64,000 nt of DNA, taken from the NCBI GenBank assembly GCA_964057225.1, contig OZ059894.1:4092001-4156000 (forward strand), read 5' to 3'. The notes under the pieces are model-generated. The model saw only the letters and a program-made list of their open reading frames with translations. It searched no databases and was not told the origin of the DNA. This DNA is from Auanema rhodensis (lineage: Eukaryota > Animalia > Nematoda). Below are positions 55,810-64,000 of the stretch, in pieces. A program made the translations under genes and the position numbers. Within the stretch, counting starts at the first letter, position 1. Every line of letters begins with the position of its first letter.

Positions 55810-58800
55810 CTGTGTTATCAGATTTGCGCTAGCCTAAAAATGCACCGAGATATCAACTTTTATAAGTTCACACTTATATCCTCGATTTTCACCCTGAAGA
55901 ATTAATTTTTTCGTTGAATAACATTGTCCATCGTCTTTGCCTTGAAAAATGGAATCTAAAAACATCTACTTTTTGCTGAATTATTTCGAAATTTATCGAA
56001 AAAATTTTTGTCAAAATGTTTTTGGAAGCAATGTTGAGTGTACATGGAAACTCAACATACACTAATGCATCATTTTTCAAACGATCATAACTAATTTTTG
56101 TATTAAGCGTTTCTCAATGTAGTATAGTGCATTCGATGCGGATTTTTAAGCTGCGTCGATCTGTGTTATCAGATTTGCGCTAGCTTAAAAATGCACCGAG
56201 ATATCAACTGATATAAGTTCACACTTATATCCTCGATTTTCACCCTGAAGAAATAATTTTTTCGTTGAATAACATTGTCCATCGTCTTTGCCTTGAAAAA
56301 AGGAATCTAAAAACATCTACTTTTTGCTAAATTATTTTGAAATTTTTCGAAAAAATTTTTGTCAAAATGTTTTTGGAAGCAATGTTGAGTGTACATGGAA
56401 ACTCAACATACACTAATGCATCATTTTTCAAACGATCATAACTAATTTTTGTATCAAGTGTTTCTCAATGTAATATAGTGCATTCGATGCGGATTTTTAA
56501 GCTGCGTCGATCTGTGTTATCAGATTTGCGCTAGCTTAAAAATGCACCGAGATATCAACTGATATAAGTTCACACTTATATCCTCGATTTTCACCCTGAA
56601 AAATTAATTTTTTCGTTGAATAACGTTGTCCATCGTCTTTGCCTTGAAAAATGGAATCTAAAAACATCTACTTTTTGCTAAATTATTTTGAAATTTTTCG
56701 AAAAAATTTTTGTCAAAATGTTTTTGGAAGCAATGTTGAGTGTACATGGAAACTCAACATACACTAATGCATCATTTTTCAAACGATCATAACTAATTTT
56801 TGTATCAAGCGATTTTCAATGTAGTATAGTGCATTCGATGCGGATTTTTAAGCTGCGTCGAGCTGTGTTATCAGATTTGCGCTAGCTTAAAAATGCACCG
56901 AGATATCAACTGATATAAGTTCACACTTATATCCTCGATTTTCACCCTGAAGAAATAATTTTTTTGTTGAATAACATTGTCCATCGTCTTTGCCTTGAAA
57001 AATGGAATCTAAAAACATCTACTTTTTGCTAAATTATTTTGAAATTTTTCGAAAAAATTTTTGTCAAAATGTTTTTGGAAGCAATGTTGAGTGTACATGG
57101 AAACTCAACATACACTAATGCATCATTTTTCAAACGATCATAACTAATTTTTGTATTAAGCGTTTCTCAATGTAGTATAGTGCATTCGATGCGGATTTTT
57201 AAGCTGCGTCGATCTGTGTTATCAGATTTGCGCTAGCTTAAAAATGCACCGAGATATCAACTGATATAAGTTCACACTTATATCCTCGATTTTCACCCTG
57301 AAGAATTGATTTTTTCGTTGAATAACATTGTCCATCGTCTTTGCCTTGAAAAAAGGAATCTGAAAACATCTACTTTTTGCTAAATTATTTTGAAATTTTT
57401 CGAAAAAATTTTTGTCAAAATGTTTTTGGAAGCAATGTTGAGTGTACATGGAAACTCAACATACACTAATGCATCATTTTTCAAACGATCATAACTAATT
57501 TTTGTATCAAGTGTTTCTCAATGTAGTATAGTGCATTCGATGCGGATTTTTAAGCTGCGTCGATCTGTGTTATCAGATTTGCGCTAGCTTAAAAATGCAC
57601 CGAGATATCAACTGATATAAGTTCACACTTATATCCTCGATTTTCACCCTGAAGAATTAATTTTTTCGTTGAATAACATTGTCCATCGTCTTTGCCTTGA
57701 AAAATGGAATCTAAAAACATCTACTTTTTGCTGAATTATTTTGAAATTTTTCGAAAAAATTTTTGTCAAAATGTTTTTGGAAGCAATGTTGAGTGTACAT
57801 GGAAACTCAACATACACTAATGCATCATTTTTCAAACGATCATAACTAATTTTTGTATCAAGCGTTTCTTAATGTAGTAAAGTGCATTCGATCCGGATTT
57901 TTAAGATGCGTCGATCTGTGTTATCAGATTTGCGCTAGCTTAAAAATGCACCGAGATATCAACTGATATAAGTTCACACTTATATCCTCGATTTTCACCC
58001 TGAAGAAATAATTTCTTCGTTGAATAACATTGTCCATCGTCTTTGCCTTGAAAAAAGGAATCTAAAAACATCTACTTTTTGCTAAATTATTTTAAAATTT
58101 TTCGAAAAAATTTTTGTCAAAATGTTTTTGGAAGCAATGTTGAGTGTACATGGAAACTCAACATACACTAATGCATCATTTTTCAAACGATCATAACTAA
58201 TTTTTGTATTAAGCGTTTCTCAATGTAGTATAGTGCATTCGATGCGGATTTTTAAGCTGCGTCGATCTGTGTTATCAGATTTGCGCTAGCTTAAAAATGC
58301 ACCGAGATATCAACTGATATAAGTTCACACTTATATCCTCGATTTTCACCCTGAAGAATTGATTTTTTCGTTGAATAACATTGTCCATCGTCTTTGCCTT
58401 GAAAAATGGAATCTAAAAACATCTACTTTTTGCTGAATTATTTTGAAATTTTTCGAAAAAATTTTTGTCAAAATGTTTTTGGAAGCAATGTTGAGTGTAC
58501 ATGGAAACTAAACATACACTAATGCATCATTTTTCAAACGATCATAACTAATTTTTGTATCAAATGTTTCTCAATGTAGTATAGTGCATTCGATGCGGAT
58601 TTTTAAGCTGCGTCGATCTGTGTTATCAGATTTGCGCTAGCTGAAAAATGCACCGAGATATCAACTGATATAAGTTCACACTTATATCCTCGATTTTCAC
58701 CCTGAAGAATTAATTTTTTCGTTGAATAACATTGTCCATCGTCTTTGCCTTGAAAAATGGAATCTAAAAACATCTACTTTTTGCTGAATTATTTTGAAAT

Positions 58801-58968
58801 TTTTCGAAAAAATTTTTGTCAAAATGTTTTTGGAAGCAATGTTGAGTGTACATGGAAACTCAACATACACTAATGCATCATTTTTCAAACGATCATAACT
58901 AATTTTTGTATCAAGTGTTTCTCAATGTAGTATAGTGCATTCGATGCGGATTTTTAAGCTGCGTCGAT

Positions 58969-61900
58969 CTGTGTTATCAGATTTGCGCTAGCTTAAAAAT
59001 GCACCGAGATATCAACTGATATAAGTTCACACTTATATCCTCGTTTTTCACCCTGAAGAATTAATTTTTTCGTTGAATAACATTGTCCATCGTCTTTGCC
59101 TTAGAAAATGGAATCTAAAAACATCTACTTTTTGCTGAATTATTTTGAAATTTTTCGAAAAAATTTTTGTCAAAATGTTTTTGGAAGCAATGTTGAGTGT
59201 ACATGGAAACTCAACATACACTAATGCATCATTTTTCAAACGATTATAACTAATTTTTGTATCAAGCGTTCCTCAATGTAGTATAGTGCATTCGATGCGG
59301 ATTTTTAAGCTGCGTCGATCTGTGTTATCAGATTTGCGCTAGCCTAAAAATGCACCGAGATATCAACTTTTATAAGTTCACACTTATATCCTCGATTTTC
59401 ACCCTGAAGAATTAATTTTTTCGTTGAATAACATTGTCCATCGTCTTTGCCTTGAAAAATGGAATCTAAAAACATCTACTTTTTGCTGAATTATTTCGAA
59501 ATTTTTCGAAAAAATTTTTGTCAAAATGTTTTTGGAAGCAATGTTGAGTGTACATGGAAACTCAACATACACTAATGCATCATTTTTCAAACGATCATAA
59601 CTAATTTTTGTATTAAGCGTTTCTCAATGTAGTATAGTGCATTCGATGCGGATTTTTAAGCTGAGTCGATCTGTGTTATCAGATTTGCGCTAGCTTAAAA
59701 ATGCACCGAGATATCAACTGATATAAGTTCACACTTATATCCTCGATTTTCACCCTGAAGAAATAATTTTTTCGTTGAATAACATTGTCCATCGTCTTTG
59801 CCTTGAAAAAAGGAATCTAAAAACATCTACTTTTTGCTAAATTATTTTGAAATTTTTCGAAAAAATTTTTGTCAAAATGTTTTTGGAAGCAATGTTGAGT
59901 GTACATGGAAACTCAACATACACTAATGCATCATTTTTCAAACGATCATAACTAATTTTTGTATCAAGTGTTTCTCAATGTAATATAGTGCATTCGATGC
60001 GGATTTTTAAGCTGCGTCGATCTGTGTTATCAGATTTGCGCTAGCTTAAAAATGCACCGAGATATCAACTGATATAAGTTCACACTTATATCCTCGATTT
60101 TCACCCTGAAAAATTAATTTTTTCGTTGAATAACGTTGTCCATCGTCTTTGCCTTGAAAAATGGAATCTAAAAACATCTACTTTTTGCTAAATTATTTTG
60201 AAATTTTTCGAAAAAATTTTTGTCAAAATGTTTTTGGAAGCAATGTTGAGTGTACATGGAAACTCAACATACACTAATGCATCATTTTTCAAACGATCAT
60301 AACTAATTTTTGTATCAAGCGTTTCTTAATGTAGTATAGTGCATTCGATCCGGATTTTTAAGATGCGTCGATCTGTGTTATCAGATTAGCGCTAGCTTAA
60401 AAATGCACCGAGATATCAACTGATATAAGTTCACACTTATATCCTCGATTTTCACCCTGAAGAAATAATTTTTTCGTTGAATAACATTGTCCATCGTCTT
60501 TGCCTTGAAAAAAGGAATCTAAAAACATCTACTTTTTGCTAAATTATTTTGAAATTTTTCGAAAAAATTTTTGTCAAAATGTTTTTGGAAGCAATGTTGA
60601 GTGTACATGGAAACTCAACATACACTAATGCATCATTTTTCAAACGATCATAACTAATTTTTGTATCAAGCGTTTTTCAATGTAGTATAGTGCATTCGAT
60701 GCGGATTTTTAAGCTGCGTCGAGCTGTGTTATCAGATTTGCGCTAGCTTAAAAATGCACCGAGATATCAACTGATATAAGTTCACACTTATATCCTCGAT
60801 TTTCACCCTGAAGAAATAATTTTTTTGTTGAATAACATTGTCCATCGTCTTTGCCTTGAAAAATGGAATCTAAAAACATCTACTTTTTGCTAAATTATTT
60901 TGAAATTTTTCGAAAAAATTTTTGTCAAAATGTTTTTGGAAGCAATGTTGAGTGTACATGGAAACTCAACATACACTAATGCATCATTTTTCAAACGATC
61001 ATAACTAATTTTTGTATCAAGCGTTTTTCAATGTAGTATAGTGCATTCGATGCGGATTTTTAAGCTGCGTCGAGCTGTGTTATCAGATTTGCGCTAGCTT
61101 AAAAATGCACCGAGATATCAACTGATATAAGTTCACACTTATATCCTCGATTTTCACCCTGAAGAATTAATTTTTTCGTTGAATAACATTGCCCATCGTC
61201 TTTGCCTTAAAAAATGGAATCTAAAAACATCTACTTTTTGCTGAATTATTTTGAAATTTTTCGAAAAAATTTTTGTCAAAATGTTTTTGGAAGCAATGTT
61301 GAGTGTACATGGAAACTCAACATACACTAATGCATCATTTTTCAAACGATCATAACTAATTTTTGTATCAAGTGTTTCTCAATGTAGTAAAGTGCATTCG
61401 ATCCGGATTTTTAAGCTGCGTCGATCTGTGTTATCAGATTTGCGCTAGCTTAAAAATGCACCGAGATATCAACTGATATAAGTTCACACTTAGATCCTCG
61501 ATTTTCACCCTGAAGAATTAATTTTTTCGTTGAATAACATTGTCCATCGTCTTTGCCTTGAAAAATGGAATCTAAAAACATCTAATTTTTGCTGAATTAT
61601 TTTGAAATTTTTCGAAAAAATTTTTGTCAAAATGTTTTTGGAAGCAATGTTGAGTGTACATGGAAACTCAACATACACTAATGCATCATTTTTCAAACGA
61701 TCATAACTAATTTTTGTATCAAGTGTTTCTCAATGTAGTATAGTGCATTCGATGCGGATTTTTAAGCTGCGTCGATCTGTGTTATCAGATTTGCGCTAGC
61801 TTAAAAATGCACCGAGATATCAACTGATATAAGTTCACACTTATATCCTCGTTTTTCACCCTGAAGAATTAATTTTTTCGTTGAATAACATTGTCCATCG

Positions 61901-63882
61901 TCTTTGCCTTAAAAAATGGAATCTAAAAACATCTACTTTTTGCTGAATTATTTTGAAATTTTTCGAAAAAATTTTTGTCAAAATGTTTTTGGAAGCAATG
62001 TTGAGTGTACATGGAAACTCAACATACACTAATGCATCATTTTTCAAACGATTATAACTAATTTTTGTATCAAGCGTTCCTCAATGTAGTATAGTGCATT
62101 CGATGCGGATTTTTAAGCTGCGTCGATCTGTGTTATCAGATTTGCGCTAGCCTAAAAATGCACCGAGATATCAACTTTTATAAGTTCACACTTATATCCT
62201 CGATTTTCACCCTGAAGAATTAATTTTTTCGTTGAATAACATTGTCCATCGTCTTTGCCTTGAAAAATGGAATCTAAAAACATCTACTTTTTGCTGAATT
62301 ATTTCGAAATTTTTCGAAAAAATTTTTGTCAAAATGTTTTTGGAAGCAATGTTGAGTGTACATGGAAACTCAACATACACTAATGCATCATTTTTCAAAC
62401 GATCATAACTAATTTTTGTATTAAGCGTTTCTCAATGTAGTATAGTGCATTCGATGCGGATTTTTAAGCTGCGTCGATCTGTGTTATCAGATTTGCGCTA
62501 GCTTAAAAATGCACCGAGATATCAACTGATATAAGTTCACACTTATATCCTCGATTTTCACCCTGAAGAAATAATTTTTTCGTTGAATAACATTGTCCAT
62601 CGTCTTTGCCTTGAAAAAAGGAATCTAAAAACATCTACTTTTTGCTAAATTATTTTGAAATTTTTCGAAAAAATTTTTGTCAAAATGTTTTTGGAAGCAA
62701 TGTTGAGTGTACATGGAAACTCAACATACACTAATGCATCATTTTTCAAACGATCATAACTAATTTTTGTATCAAGTGTTTCTCAATGTAATATAGTGCA
62801 TTCGATGCGGATTTTTAAGCTGCGTCGATCTGTGTTATCAGATTTGCGCTAGCTTAAAAATGCACCGAGATATCAACTGATATAAGTTCACACTTATATC
62901 CTCGATTTTCACCCTGAAAAATTAATTTTTTCGTTGAATAACGTTGTCCATCGTCTTTGCCTTGAAAAATGGAATCTAAAAACATCTACTTTTTGCTAAA
63001 TTATTTTGAAATTTTTCGAAAAAATTTTTGTCAAAATGTTTTTGGAAGCAATGTTGAGTGTACATGGAAACTCAACATACACTAATGCATCATTTTTCAA
63101 ACGATCATAACTAATTTTTGTATCAAGCGTTTCTTAATGTAGTATAGTGCATTCGATCCGGATTTTTAAGATGCGTCGATCTGTGTTATCAGATTAGCGC
63201 TAGCTTAAAAATGCACCGAGATATCAACTGATATAAGTTCACACTTATATCCTCGATTTTCACCCTGAAGAAATAATTTTTTCGTTGAATAACATTGTCC
63301 ATCGTCTTTGCCTTGAAAAAAGGAATCTAAAAACATCTACTTTTTGCTAAATTATTTTGAAATTTTTCGAAAAAATTTTTGTCAAAATGTTTTTGGAAGC
63401 AATGTTGAGTGTACATGGAAACTCAACATACACTAATGCATCATTTTTCAAACGATCATAACTAATTTTTGTATCAAGCGTTTTTCAATGTAGTATAGTG
63501 CATTCGATGCGGATTTTTAAGCTGCGTCGAGCTGTGTTATCAGATTTGCGCTAGCTTAAAAATGCACCGAGATATCAACTGATATAAGTTCACACTTATA
63601 TCCTCGATTTTCACCCTGAAGAAATAATTTTTTTGTTGAATAACATTGTCCATCGTCTTTGCCTTGAAAAATGGAATCTAAAAACATCTACTTTTTGCTA
63701 AATTATTTTGAAATTTTTCGAAAAAATTTTTGTCAAAATGTTTTTGGAAGCAATGTTGAGTGTACATGGAAACTCAACATACACTAATGCATCATTTTTC
63801 AAACGATCATAACTAATTTTTGTATCAAGCGTTTCTTAATGTAGTAAAGTGCATTCGATCCGGATTTTTAAGATGCGTCGAT
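58969..63882 (+). repeat. 8-mer-period higher-order duplication (monomers 169-174 recur as 177-182)
   Basis: tcgtttttc, atttcgaaat, taatata, aacgttg+aagatg, agattagc and tttttttgttg recur 2808 bp apart. ORFs 59048/59399 recur at 61856/62207. Confidence 0.88.
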
Positions 63883-64000
63883 CTGTGTTATCAGATTTGC
63901 GCTAGCTTAAAAATGCACCGAGATATCAACTGATATAAGTTCACACTTATATCCTCGATTTTCACCCTGAAGAAATAATTTTTTCGTTGAATAACATTGT

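Larger units (their letters stand above)
1..64000 (+). repeat. Satellite DNA array, 351-bp monomer, about 182.3 head-to-tail copies, open at both ends
   Basis: ctgtgttatcagatt recurs at 1, 352, 703 and so on, and at every 20-monomer checkpoint (7021, 14041, 21061, 28081, 35101, 42121, 49141, 56161, 63181). All 63-aa ORF coordinates are congruent mod 351. Monomers differ by a few substitutions only. Monomer 1 has 109 G+C in 351 bp. Confidence 0.99.

Noticed and set aside
57222-57449. 75-aa minus-strand ORF
   Set aside because: A single copy created by the chance co-occurrence of two SNPs (aattgatt, aatctg) that remove stops in monomer 164.
1484-62398. 21 copies of a 63-aa minus-strand ORF (MKNDALVYVEF...)
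   Set aside because: It is open only where SNP p169 A>G turns TAG into CAG, and most monomers carry the stop. Some p169G copies (monomers 4, 12, 167) are broken by other stops. It has AT-driven K/F/I/N composition and no recognisable domain. The shared frame simply reflects 351 being divisible by 3. It is useful only as a haplotype marker.
1-64000. CRISPR array or repeat-spacer/cassette system
   Set aside because: There are no unique spacers, since the entire 351 bp is repeated. No cas, integrase or recombinase genes are present.
1-64000. Hidden insertion, inversion or unique island within the array
   Set aside because: Phase and orientation are unbroken at all checkpoints, and I saw no non-satellite sequence.

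Overview
The whole window is one uninterrupted, head-to-tail array of an AT-rich 351-bp satellite: 182 full monomers plus a 118-bp partial one, all in the same orientation, about 31% GC by hand count of monomer 1. It runs off both edges. Monomer n starts at 351*(n-1)+1. Phase is exactly preserved at every checkpoint (7021, 14041, ... 63181), so there is no net indel, and monomers differ by only a few substitutions. I found no genes, RNA genes, CRISPR or mobile-element insertions. The 63/75-aa ORFs are artefacts of single SNPs that remove stop codons. The sequence looks like eukaryotic (peri)centromeric or heterochromatic satellite DNA, and the lack of CpG depletion would fit an invertebrate, but the taxon cannot be determined here. 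The real structure lies in the variants: (1) a patchwork of short, local 2-, 3-, 4-, 5-, 6- and 8-mer higher-order duplications; (2) a nested, layered geography in which both ends share haplotypes missing from the centre; (3) four dyad symmetries per monomer; (4) multi-nucleotide and palindrome-improving variants. I see no support for a novel protein-coding system. Monomer typing was done by eye and should be confirmed by alignment. In the entries below, pN means position N within the monomer.
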